Below, piece after piece: positions 55,533-64,000 of a stretch of DNA of 64,000 nt. The notes below the pieces were generated by a model. That model was not told the origin of the DNA and did not search any database. It saw only the letters and a program-made list of their open reading frames with translations. Every line of letters begins with the position of its first letter. Within the stretch, counting starts at the first letter, position 1. Both the position numbers and the translations under genes were made by a program. This DNA is from Puniceicoccaceae bacterium (lineage in GTDB: Bacteria; Verrucomicrobiota; Verrucomicrobiia; Opitutales; Oceanipulchritudinaceae), in contig JBFOMH010000017.1 of assembly GCA_040830765.1 (NCBI GenBank), positions 32,001 through 96,000 of the forward strand. Direction: 5' to 3'.

Positions 55533-55645
55533 ACCAAAATACCGGAGGCAAATCAAAGACTTCGCGGCGGCGTTTCCATACCCTCAAAAAAACTACTCAA
55601 TCTGCTAATTGTACTCGTATTCAACTGTTTGTCATTTAGAGAAGA

Positions 55646-56041
55646 ATGTCAGCTACTATCACCTTTAACTCATACTTCACTTTGAAGTATTCCCATATAG
55701 TCGAAATTCATGAAACCACATCGGTTCTTGATCAACTTGTAGGTTGTTCGACTTTCGACAATTGCATCTTTGGCATTATTGATTTCAGGGAAGTCCATCA
55801 GTTGGCCTATGAAAAGATGGATTTTCAAATGCATGGGGCGTTCATCAATACTTTGTGGAAGATGAAACGAAGAGATGACACCTTTAAACTCGCTTATGTT
55901 GTGAATGACGAGGAGGCTGTAGCTTGGGCTGAACGGATCCAATCATCTTGTCAGCTAGATAACTGTTTCAAAAGGCAAGCGATCTTCATGGATTTCGGTC
56001 AGGCAATTAACTGGGGGCAGGATGCTAAAGCCCAATGTTAA
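55646..56041 (+). CDS. Hypothetical protein (SpoIIAA-like pattern)
   Basis: IIDFREV..KLAYVV..IFMDFGQAINW. Confidence 0.5.
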   Translation: MSATITFNSYFTLKYSHIVEIHETTSVLDQLVGCSTFDNCIFGIIDFREVHQLAYEKMDFQMHGAFINTLWKMKRRDDTFKLAYVVNDEEAVAWAERIQSSCQLDNCFKRQAIFMDFGQAINWGQDAKAQC

Positions 56042-56157
56042 GTGTCCCCCAATACCACTCAATGCTATTCAACACGACTCCAGTGTATTGATTATGCCTA
56101 AACTAAAAATCTACGCTTTTTGCTAAGTGTTTGATTATAAGTACTTAAGCGATTTAT

Positions 56158-56181
56158 GTACAAGTCCCCCCCTCTCCGCCA
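56158..56181 (+). other. tRNA 3'-end remnant (att-like, probably tRNA-Ser)
   Basis: GTACAAGTCCCCCCCTCTCCGCCA: T-loop-like start and CCA end, with no 5' half upstream. Confidence 0.6.
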
Positions 56182-56182
56182 C

Positions 56183-56259
56183 TCGACAAGCTCGTGGCAG
56201 GCCAAGCCAGAGCTTGGACTGGCTCGAGTGCAGGCGAGTGCCCTGAGCTTGTCGAAGGG
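56183..56259. repeat. REP-like inverted repeat
   Basis: TCGACAAGCTC (56183-56193) pairs with GAGCTTGTCGA (56245-56255), the latter inside CCCTGAGCTTGTCGAAGGG. Confidence 0.7.
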
Positions 56260-56337
56260 CTAGACTAGCCGTCAACAGACGAAATTGACTAATTTTCGAC
56301 CTCTTAAAGTAGTTTGGGTCCCCCACATCCTTCCCGG

Positions 56338-56646
56338 ATGCCATCGTTAACCCACCACGTCTACCTGCTCCGCTGCGCCAATGGCACGATCTATGTTGGC
56401 CAGACGCATGACATCGAGAGCCGAATGGAGCGTCACCGAAGTGGGACTGGTGCCCGCCATACGGCACAAAACAAACAATTTGAGGTCATTTACACGGAAG
56501 GACCAATGTCGTTTAAGGAGGCCGTTGCCCGTGAGCGGCAGCTCAAGAAATGGAGTCGAGCCAAGAAGCAGGCGCTGGCTAATGGAGACTTGGACCAACT
56601 GCGGAAATTGAGTCGAGGTACCGGCCGGCGATCCGCAAGCTGTTGA
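56338..56646 (+). CDS. GIY-YIG nuclease (UPF0213-like)
   Basis: HVYLLRCANGTIYVGQT..RH..ARERQLKKWSRAKK. Confidence 0.88.
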   Translation: MPSLTHHVYLLRCANGTIYVGQTHDIESRMERHRSGTGARHTAQNKQFEVIYTEGPMSFKEAVARERQLKKWSRAKKQALANGDLDQLRKLSRGTGRRSASC

Positions 56647-56659
56647 AAATCATGCGGAA

Positions 56660-56719
56660 ATCGTCAGAACTGGACGGCTGGGGGACATGCTTAACTTCTA
56701 TCGAAGGAAGGCCGCCTGA
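56660..56719 (+). pseudogene. C-terminal stub of an rve-type transposase/integrase
   Basis: Translates IVRTGRLGDMLNFYRRKAA*, like the RLGGLLxxY.R.AA end of these elements. Confidence 0.5.
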
Positions 56720-56765
56720 TGAGTTGGGGCATAAGAAGTCTATAAGAGAAGAATATCAACGTGTG

Positions 56766-56821
56766 GTCCCTTAGCAGACCGGTCGGTTGAGAGACATCTG
56801 GAGTTTTCCATTTCCCACAAA
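56766..56821 (+). repeat. 57-bp dispersed repeat, copy C
   Basis: Differs from copy B by 4 substitutions and a 1-nt gap. Confidence 0.9.
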
Positions 56822-56824
56822 GGA

Positions 56825-58378
56825 TTACCCTTCTAGCGGATCATTACCAAGAGAAGCGGAATCTCCCTTCAATGGGGCAACGGTAATGAGCACTCGGCGG
56901 TAGTCTACCAAAGGTATATCTGGATGCTGATCCCAAACTTCCAGGATGATGTGCAGTTCCTTCCCGGCAGCGTCCTCAGGTACAACGAATTTGAGTGTCT
57001 CTTTGTCAGCGTACTGCAAGTCGAGTGATTTGCCGTAGGGCACACGTCCTGCCTCGGGATAGTTCCACCATCGATAGCTCAGGGTGTCCCCGTCCGGGTC
57101 GCTTGAGCCCGCCGCGGATAGCGTTAACGTTTGACCGGGAGTTGCAGTAAGGAAGAGAATCCGGTCGGAGTGGTCATTTTCGAGGACGGCTTTTGGATGA
57201 TGGTTTGCCTTCTCAAAGGGCTCAACGCACCAATCCATACGGGCTTTGAGATCGTTCCACATGGCCCGCCTCCAACGCCAGACCGGCGCGTATTGACCGC
57301 TGAAATCCTTGCCGGACTCTGGATCGATCCAATGGTCCGTGATGTGGGGCCCATCGGTGTAGGCCGCGAAGGGAGGCATTTTGAGTTCGTCATCCCGAAC
57401 GAGGGAAAAGTGAGAGTAAACCTCAGGATGTTTTTCGGCAGAGTATCTCCCACTCCAGCCTCCCCAAGATGGTTCGGATCGATTGGTCAATCCTGGAATG
57501 TAAAAGTCGGCCAGGGGGATGGTTCCGCCACCTTCGATGAAGTGGAGGCGGTTGGCGGCTGCTCGATTGGGATAGAGTTCACCAAGCGGACCGTGCCCCG
57601 ATTGCACGTGCACCTTGGCCCATTCATGTTGTCCGTCAACGCTGTATTCAAATGGTTCCCACACGCTGGGACCAATCATCGTGTTGGAGGGGCCACCATA
57701 GGCCCGGGATTGTTCGACGCTGCGCACATAGTGGAGGTCGGGAAACTGGTTGCAAATCCAAGCCCCTGCGTCGTCTTGACCTCCGTTGTCGTATACCCGC
57801 AATTTGGATACAAAGGCGGCTAGTTCTTCATTCGTGCTCCGGGCGCGGTAGTCGATCAAGGCTTGGGCCAAGGTATTGGATCCAGCGTTGATCACTATGT
57901 TGAGTGGCCGCTCGTCTGCCTTGGTGGCGGCGGCAATAATCAGATCGGATCCTGGTGTGGACTTTCCAGGGCCGGTATCGGCGATGCCATCTGAGACTTG
58001 CCCGGTTGAAACGATACTTCGCAAGTAATCTGGCTCGTGCCATCCGTCGGCGTGGCACTTGAGATTTGGGTATACTTTTTCGTAGGCGTCGATGAGGGCG
58101 TGAAATAATTGCGGCCGCAAGTCTTTGGAGCCCGGAGGAGGATTTGGGCGGAAGAAGCGGCCGGTGACGGTGATCAAGCCTTCCAGCTCAAATTGGTTGG
58201 AACACATGAGCATGTGGGTGATTTGCTGTTCCTCGTCGGGATCGTGTCCCATGTCCGCCAATACAATTACACGATCCTTGGTGGACGGAGTCTCTTGATT
58301 TGTGGGCATTTGGGCTTGGGAAGTAGAGGTTGCTATGAGAATGCAGTAGAAGAGGAAGGTGAGTTTTAAAGCGCGCAT
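56825..58378 (-). CDS. DUF1593 nucleoside-hydrolase-like secreted protein
   Basis: RVIVLADMGHDPDEEQ..NTLAQAL..QDDAGAWI..WGGWSGRY..ARMDWC..ANHHP. Confidence 0.85.
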   Translation of the reverse strand: MRALKLTFLFYCILIATSTSQAQMPTNQETPSTKDRVIVLADMGHDPDEEQQITHMLMCSNQFELEGLITVTGRFFRPNPPPGSKDLRPQLFHALIDAYEKVYPNLKCHADGWHEPDYLRSIVSTGQVSDGIADTGPGKSTPGSDLIIAAATKADERPLNIVINAGSNTLAQALIDYRARSTNEELAAFVSKLRVYDNGGQDDAGAWICNQFPDLHYVRSVEQSRAYGGPSNTMIGPSVWEPFEYSVDGQHEWAKVHVQSGHGPLGELYPNRAAANRLHFIEGGGTIPLADFYIPGLTNRSEPSWGGWSGRYSAEKHPEVYSHFSLVRDDELKMPPFAAYTDGPHITDHWIDPESGKDFSGQYAPVWRWRRAMWNDLKARMDWCVEPFEKANHHPKAVLENDHSDRILFLTATPGQTLTLSAAGSSDPDGDTLSYRWWNYPEAGRVPYGKSLDLQYADKETLKFVVPEDAAGKELHIILEVWDQHPDIPLVDYRRVLITVAPLKGDSASLGNDPLEG

Positions 58379-58415
58379 TTAACTGAAGGTTGGTATCGAG
58401 GGAAAAAGAGGTGTT

Positions 58416-60584
58416 CTAGGGCGGCGTGATTGTGGATTTTGGCACGGGAGGAGCGCTGCGGGAGACTTGGCGGACGTAGTCGATTTCCTTGTCAACGTAT
58501 TCAGTGGTCGCTTGCCAGTCGAGTACCTGACCCCGGGCCAGCACTTGCGGGCGGTACTGACTGCTGGCGAGGCGAGCATAGACCCGCCAATCCCGGGCTG
58601 CGTTTTCCAGGTCGCCTATTGCGGCTGCCTGACGTTGGGGATTGCCGGTTTTGCGGAACCAGGCGAGGTGTGTGGCACCACGGATCTTGTCCGCATAGTA
58701 GCGACCCATCCAAGACATTGCTTCGATATCGGTAAGTACGCTCGACAGTTCAGAAGAGATATCCATGGATTGCCGTCTCAAGCGTTCGACACCGTCGAGG
58801 GCTTGATCAGCGAATGCATCCAGGTTTTGGGCTACTTCAAGGGGGTTGCGCGAGTTTTCTGCTCCGGGATGATCGGCTTGGGCGAGGAATTCTGGGATGC
58901 TGATTTCCGGGGCTCCACTCATCGGTTCCCCATTTATGAAGTCTTCAACGGTGAGGAAGGGTTCCTTGGCAAAGTGACAGCCTTCGGGCGAGAACATCCA
59001 ATCACCGCGCTTGAAGAAGAAGCGATTGATTTGCGGCATTATTTTCGAGCTATGAGTCCAGGTATCGTAGAGCAAGGAGGGGTCTGCTTCGGGAAAGCGG
59101 TCGTGGAGTGCAGCTTCGAAAAAGCGACGATCAAGGGAGGGGTCATATCCAAGCCTTCCCCAAATCATGAAATTGTACCAGTGGCGGTCGATTTCCATTT
59201 GTCCGCGTTGGGCTTCGTCCAGGAGGGCGAAGTTGCGAGCCCATACGTAGCCATCCGATCCCATGTGAAATCCAATGGTTTGCTCCGGTGGCATGTTCTT
59301 TATCATCGAGCGGGCGTAGGAAGGATCACCCCAGCGAAGGCAATAAAGGTCGTCGTTGCGCAGATTCCACCAAGCTTTAATGCGGTTCTGTCGCATGTCC
59401 TCAATCAGAGGATCAGCAAAGATCGGGTTGGGCATGGAGTGGATACGCGCTTTGGCATATTTGAAGCTTGTGTCAAAGGGACCCGGGTAGTCCGTAAAAG
59501 CGTCGAGAACAGGCTTGAGCCCGGTTTGCCAATCTCGATGGATGAATCGGACCTGCCGGTCCGGTTGCAGTTTGACAACATCCTGGACGGGCACCCCGTA
59601 GGCATCCCAAAGCCATGCTTCCTTGGCTTCGTTGTTGGGAAACTGTTTCATCTTCTCGCCGGCTGTGACGCCGATGCCAGCCAAGTCTGGATAGGCAAGC
59701 AAGGTTTCGCGAACACTGGAGCGGAGGTAATCGATGGTTATCGCGTTGTCGGGCGATGCGTCGATGCCGTATTTGCCATAAGCTCCATCCAGATGAACGT
59801 TCCAGGTGATAATGAAAAACTGGATACCGCGATCCTTGGCGTAGGCCATGACTTTACGCCAAAAGGCGATTTTTTCCTCAATGGTGATTTCCTTGAGGAT
59901 GACGAGATTATCCAGCACCTCTTGAGCGACATAGCGAGGGTGATAGTCCAAGGGGTAACGGTAGGTTGTGCCGCAGACATCGTTGAGGGCGACCTTTGGA
60001 TAGTCCTCCAGTTTAACCAATGAGGGAAAGGGATGCGGGTTCCACAAGGTAATGGCGTTGTACCGGAAGCGAGCCATCGCGTCCAATTGTGCTGTCCAGA
60101 AATCGAAGTCCCACATGGTTTCGATATTCCACTTGGCGGAATCGCCGGTATCATCGTAGCTTGGCGTACGGGCATCTAGCGGGAAATTAATTTTAAGAGC
60201 CCGGAATTCGAGATAGGGTGACGCAGATTGGGATCGAATCCGGTCAATGTTCTGTTTGAATTGAATCGATTCGGCAAGGGCCAAGCCACCATACATCAAG
60301 CCTGCCGGGTCGCCTCCATAGAGGGTGAAGTGTCCAGCTCCGTTCGCCTCGATACGATAGGCTTCGGCTTGGAGTCCACTATCCTCGACAAAGCGCACAT
60401 TGAGCGATGTGTAATCGGATTCGACGGAGGTGGCGGCTTGCTTCAACTCGCCCAGGGCAAAGTTCACTTGCGGAGAGAGACAATCGCCGGAAGCATTAAT
60501 TTCAGTGGCCTTGGCTGGAGTTATGGTGAGAGACGCGACGAGCGCAGCGAAGCTCACGGAAAATTTCCCGATCGTAGTAGGCAT
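58416..60584 (-). CDS. Secreted glycoside-hydrolase-like protein (family unassigned)
   Basis: Signal peptide; EAYRI..GGDPAGLMYG zincin-like N-domain; PLDARTPSYDD; TAGE. Confidence 0.65.
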   Translation of the reverse strand: MPTTIGKFSVSFAALVASLTITPAKATEINASGDCLSPQVNFALGELKQAATSVESDYTSLNVRFVEDSGLQAEAYRIEANGAGHFTLYGGDPAGLMYGGLALAESIQFKQNIDRIRSQSASPYLEFRALKINFPLDARTPSYDDTGDSAKWNIETMWDFDFWTAQLDAMARFRYNAITLWNPHPFPSLVKLEDYPKVALNDVCGTTYRYPLDYHPRYVAQEVLDNLVILKEITIEEKIAFWRKVMAYAKDRGIQFFIITWNVHLDGAYGKYGIDASPDNAITIDYLRSSVRETLLAYPDLAGIGVTAGEKMKQFPNNEAKEAWLWDAYGVPVQDVVKLQPDRQVRFIHRDWQTGLKPVLDAFTDYPGPFDTSFKYAKARIHSMPNPIFADPLIEDMRQNRIKAWWNLRNDDLYCLRWGDPSYARSMIKNMPPEQTIGFHMGSDGYVWARNFALLDEAQRGQMEIDRHWYNFMIWGRLGYDPSLDRRFFEAALHDRFPEADPSLLYDTWTHSSKIMPQINRFFFKRGDWMFSPEGCHFAKEPFLTVEDFINGEPMSGAPEISIPEFLAQADHPGAENSRNPLEVAQNLDAFADQALDGVERLRRQSMDISSELSSVLTDIEAMSWMGRYYADKIRGATHLAWFRKTGNPQRQAAAIGDLENAARDWRVYARLASSQYRPQVLARGQVLDWQATTEYVDKEIDYVRQVSRSAPPVPKSTITPP

Positions 60585-60813
60585 AGTAGTTAATGAGGTA
60601 GTTTCCGGTTCGTTCTGTATAAAAGTTATTCTTGGCTGGTCTTCTCGTAAGGATCCAAGGGATCCATGGAGTCGTGGCCATCAGATAAGGTCTTATTTGG
60701 CAAACGTGGAGAGCGCTTGCAAGTTTAGAGGATATTGCCCATCAATATTTTGGAGGTGGGACCCGCAGGCCAAACTGAACTGGGACTTGCCAATTAACGC
60801 CTTACGAAATCCA

Positions 60814-60837
60814 GTTCGAATCCCTCCTTCTCCACTA
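60814..60837 (+). other. Second tRNA 3'-end remnant (att-like)
   Basis: GTTCGAATCCCTCCTTCTCCACTA with no tRNA 5' half upstream. Confidence 0.55.
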
Positions 60838-60947
60838 TTAGACTAGCGCGTGGCACCCCAAGGCGCCCGTTTCTCCTAATAACTCGACACTAGGGCGTGG
60901 GTTGGCCATGATTCAGTTCGCAAGCAGCTGAAACCATTCGTTATACA

Positions 60948-62273
60948 ATGACTTTCCGATTCATCGAACGGTACCTGAAAAAGAATTTTCCGTCGTTCGT
61001 TATTGGATTCACCTGTGCGGCAATGGCGACGGGGGCATCCCCTTCCACCAATCCCACTCCCGAAGACTGGGGAATGGGAATGGTATATCGCGTAGCATCG
61101 ATTCCCTACATTGGATCTGAGGACTATATTGGGAGCTTCGTTCCGGTCCTGTTTTTTGAGGATGATCTGTTTTTTCTCCGCGGCACATCCGGTGGAATCA
61201 CACCCCTGCGCTGGGAGAGTTGGGAACTCAGCCTGTTGGGCCGCTTCCGCTTCATGGACCTGCCCGATGACCTGGTTGAGAAGAAATTCGCCGATGACCT
61301 GTTCATGGGTGCTCAACTGCGTTATAAACTGGGTGACTGGCAGCGCATCGACCTTGAGGCCCTCGCAGATTCCCATGGTCGCATGGTAACCAATCTCCGC
61401 TGGTCCGGACGGATCACCTCCACGGAGTGGCAACTGCAGCCCTACCTGCAAGCCCAATTCAAGAGCAAGAAGATGAACAGTTTCTACTATGGGCTGGACC
61501 AGCAGGCGCTGGAGCAGGGATATGAGTTCTCTGCAGGTCTACAGGCCCGCTACCATTTATTCAGAAATCTATACATGCTCGGGTCGGCGGGGGTTACCTA
61601 CCTCGACGAGGAAACAACCCGAAGTGTCTTTGTCGAGGACTCGTGGGCTACCGAGGTTTCCATTGGCTTTTCCATCGGCCATGACCCTGGCTATGTCAGC
61701 CTTCCCCGTGAAGAGGATGGACCGCGACCCTACATCCGTGTTGCACACGGTCTCGGCAACCTGTCCAACTTCCTCGAGATTCTCAGTGCTGACATCAAGA
61801 GGGATCCATACAATAATCAGCTCACTTCAGTATTCTACGGATTTCCCCTTGCCGATTCCCTGTTCGGCCTGCCAGTTGATACCTACCTCACCGCTGGAGC
61901 CGCATGGCACTGGGAAAGCGAAGTTCAGGATTCCGGCCAGGAGCTGATCCTTGCCTTCAAGTTTTACTACACCGTGCCCCTGCCGTGGCGGGTCCGCATC
62001 GGATTCGCCGAGGGGATTTCCTACATCACCGAGCCGACCTATATCGAATATGTGAACATCGAGGAGGATCAGTTAGAGCCCGTCAACTGGCAGAATTATC
62101 TGGATTTCTCAGTGGATGTAAATCTGGGTGACGTCTTTACCGACTCACTTGACCGGTTCTGGCTGGGCTTCGGGGTGCATCACCGGTCAGCCATCTTTGG
62201 CAACTCCCAGCAATTCGGTCGCTCCAACGCCGGCAGCAACTACAATACGCTCTACCTTCAGATCGATCTATAG
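60948..62273 (+). CDS. MipA/OmpV outer-membrane protein with a second barrel domain
   Basis: PYIG..VPVLFFE..NSFYYG; C-terminal HHRSAIFG..GSNYNTLYL. Confidence 0.8.
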   Translation: MTFRFIERYLKKNFPSFVIGFTCAAMATGASPSTNPTPEDWGMGMVYRVASIPYIGSEDYIGSFVPVLFFEDDLFFLRGTSGGITPLRWESWELSLLGRFRFMDLPDDLVEKKFADDLFMGAQLRYKLGDWQRIDLEALADSHGRMVTNLRWSGRITSTEWQLQPYLQAQFKSKKMNSFYYGLDQQALEQGYEFSAGLQARYHLFRNLYMLGSAGVTYLDEETTRSVFVEDSWATEVSIGFSIGHDPGYVSLPREEDGPRPYIRVAHGLGNLSNFLEILSADIKRDPYNNQLTSVFYGFPLADSLFGLPVDTYLTAGAAWHWESEVQDSGQELILAFKFYYTVPLPWRVRIGFAEGISYITEPTYIEYVNIEEDQLEPVNWQNYLDFSVDVNLGDVFTDSLDRFWLGFGVHHRSAIFGNSQQFGRSNAGSNYNTLYLQIDL

Positions 62274-62459
62274 GAGCCACCTCAACCATTCGGATTGCTT
62301 CGAATGATCGCTGTTAAGTGATGCCACTGAAGGGTGATAACGGACTACACCAAATTACCAACTAGAGCTGAGCTCAGATTTTAACTGTGACAGTGATGCT
62401 CCTGTTGCAGGCAAAATATACAGTTGCCTAGGACACTGACATAACTAAGTTCCAAGTAC

Positions 62460-62747
62460 ATGGTCGGAAGAAGACAGTTTGTGCGAGCTGGATTTTTGGC
62501 GGGTTTGTCGACCCTCTTGCCGACGGTTGCTTTTGCCAGCCGGTTGGACCGATGGGTGGCTCGTTATGGTGTCGGCCAATTGGAACAGGATGGCACGCTC
62601 ATTCTGCAACTGGAGTTGGACGCAAAACACATGGGCATCGCCTTGGATGAGCTCTCCCGGATGGCGGGTCGACTCTATTGTGATGGTTCCCAAGCCAGAT
62701 GCCAGTTGGAAGGAAAACAGGTTCTCTTGAACCTGAGAATCAGTTGA
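62460..62747 (+). CDS. Small protein with twin-arginine-like leader
   Basis: MVGRRQFVRAGFLAGLSTLLPTVAFA. Confidence 0.5.
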   Translation: MVGRRQFVRAGFLAGLSTLLPTVAFASRLDRWVARYGVGQLEQDGTLILQLELDAKHMGIALDELSRMAGRLYCDGSQARCQLEGKQVLLNLRIS

Positions 62748-63039
62748 CGGTGACCTGCATGCAATGCTGCAGATAAGGGGAGGCGGTCAAGACTGCTTGA
62801 AAGCCATCCTCAGTTTCGAGGCGATAGAGACCTTGAACACGGGGACCATCACCCACGTCAAAACAAAGCCAATAGCAGTCGCTTTCCGCCAACTCCTCAA
62901 TCGGTGGCTTGGGCAGCTCCTCGCAATGGGTGAGTCTCCAGTGCATCTGGGATTCCTCATCCACTTCGGTTGCAGTGAACGCAATTCCGATGCGCTCCTT
63001 GAACTCAGAGAATCGTGGTCGATGATCGGGAGCTTCCAT
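62740..63039 (-). CDS. Small hypothetical protein (DUF6916-like)
   Basis: F...IG..F...L.F.....QGLYRL pattern. Confidence 0.5.
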   Translation of the reverse strand: MEAPDHRPRFSEFKERIGIAFTATEVDEESQMHWRLTHCEELPKPPIEELAESDCYWLCFDVGDGPRVQGLYRLETEDGFQAVLTASPYLQHCMQVTVN

Positions 63040-63062
63040 GGGCCTGTGGAGGCAATATCAGA

Positions 63063-64000
63063 TCAATCCGCCACCGTGCCGACAATCTGGAAGAAGTAAC
63101 GATCGCTTTCCTCCGAATCCGGTATCGGCAATTCGAAGGGAAACCGATAACTGGCATAATAATCATCAATGGGTTGAATTTCTTCAGGGGTTGTGGAGAT
63201 CACCTGCCACTGCATCAAGTCCGTCGAGACGACCAGGCTATACAGTGCGTGTTGAACCAATCCCTCAAAAAGCAATTCGCCGCCACCCGGCATTCCCGGT
63301 TCGCCTGACATAACTGAAAACATATCCCGAGAGGGGATGGAGCCGTTGTACAAAAACTGGGACAAATAGGTATTTCCTTCCGGTCCAGCTGATTGATCCG
63401 GATCGATGTCCAGGACACTGGAGGCAAATTGCAGCTCCCATTCATCAAGCAGGAAATCCCCATCCAGATCGCCAATCGTGTAGTGCTCGAATCCCCGGCC
63501 ATTACCGGCGATTCCTGAAAAGACAGGGAAGTGGGTCCCGCTGATGAAATTGAGCTGATTGATGCTTCCTGACCCGGAAACCGTACAATACAAAATTCCC
63601 TTGCGGTCGAAATCCAATCCGCGAGGTCCCTGTAGACCGGAAACCATTGTGATCAAGGATGTCCCTTTGAGGAGACTGACTTCACCGAGATCATGACTGG
63701 ATACGTATAAATCCGCGTTGGTAGGGCTTTTGGCGATTCCCCATACCCCTACGTAGGGAATGCTTTCAATAAGCGAGCCGGATCCATCATAGACCCAGAT
63801 GACATCGGCCCCTGAATCCGTGATGTAAATCATGTTGCCATCAACAAGAACGTCATTGGGCCGGATTACTCCGTCGGCCTTGCCGGAAACATGGACCATC
63901 GGTGAACCTCCCCCGGTGGAGATGGATTCCAGTGTATCGGTGGCCGAATCAAGGAAGTAAAGCCGGTCATTCTCAGCATCCAGGTATAGTCCCTTGAATA
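63063..64000 (-). CDS. Beta-propeller (NHL/SMP-30-like) protein; 5' end outside window
   Basis: PNDV..IYITDSG, GPRGLDFD; D.DGD.L.DEWE and STDLMQW C-terminal module; frame stays open to the window edge. Confidence 0.7.
   Translation of the reverse strand, partial: FKGLYLDAENDRLYFLDSATDTLESISTGGGSPMVHVSGKADGVIRPNDVLVDGNMIYITDSGADVIWVYDGSGSLIESIPYVGVWGIAKSPTNADLYVSSHDLGEVSLLKGTSLITMVSGLQGPRGLDFDRKGILYCTVSGSGSINQLNFISGTHFPVFSGIAGNGRGFEHYTIGDLDGDFLLDEWELQFASSVLDIDPDQSAGPEGNTYLSQFLYNGSIPSRDMFSVMSGEPGMPGGGELLFEGLVQHALYSLVVSTDLMQWQVISTTPEEIQPIDDYYASYRFPFELPIPDSEESDRYFFQIVGTVAD

Noticed and set aside
56158..56181. Complete tRNA gene at 56158 or 60814
   Set aside because: No D or anticodon arm and no acceptor 5' strand upstream; only 3' remnants.
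58467..60023. 518-aa + strand ORF
   Set aside because: Antisense shadow of the GH-like gene, with no recognisable motifs.

Overview
Positions 1 to about 40.3 kb are the right-hand part of a siphovirus-type prophage. Its integrase and left end lie outside the window, and the gene style suggests a Verrucomicrobia/Opitutae-like host (inference). Gene order: recombination and replication module, putative origin, two regulators, an AT-richer cargo block (5.8-10 kb) with decayed attC-like spacers, RadC, a ParB / ParB-methyltransferase / HAD / CmoA-like module, lambda-type terminase and portal, an HNH gene plus an aberrant tRNA-Met(CAT), protease, scaffold, capsid, tail genes with a GTA-like tip, a holin-like gene and two accessory genes. 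From 40.5 to 55.3 kb lies an uptake and catabolism locus (FadR regulator with candidate operators, two SSS transporters, class-III aminotransferase, two amidohydrolases, TonB receptor, gdhA). From 56 to 61 kb there are island-junction scars: two tRNA 3'-end remnants, a REP-like hairpin with GIY-YIG, and a transposase stub. The strongest unexplained signals are (1) TTGACA placed 13-14 nt before the start codon of most non-coupled late genes and also before the odd tRNA, (2) the CmoA-like putative DNA-modification module next to the terminase, and (3) a 57-bp sequence repeated at three cargo junctions. All family calls come from motif recognition by eye; no searches were run.
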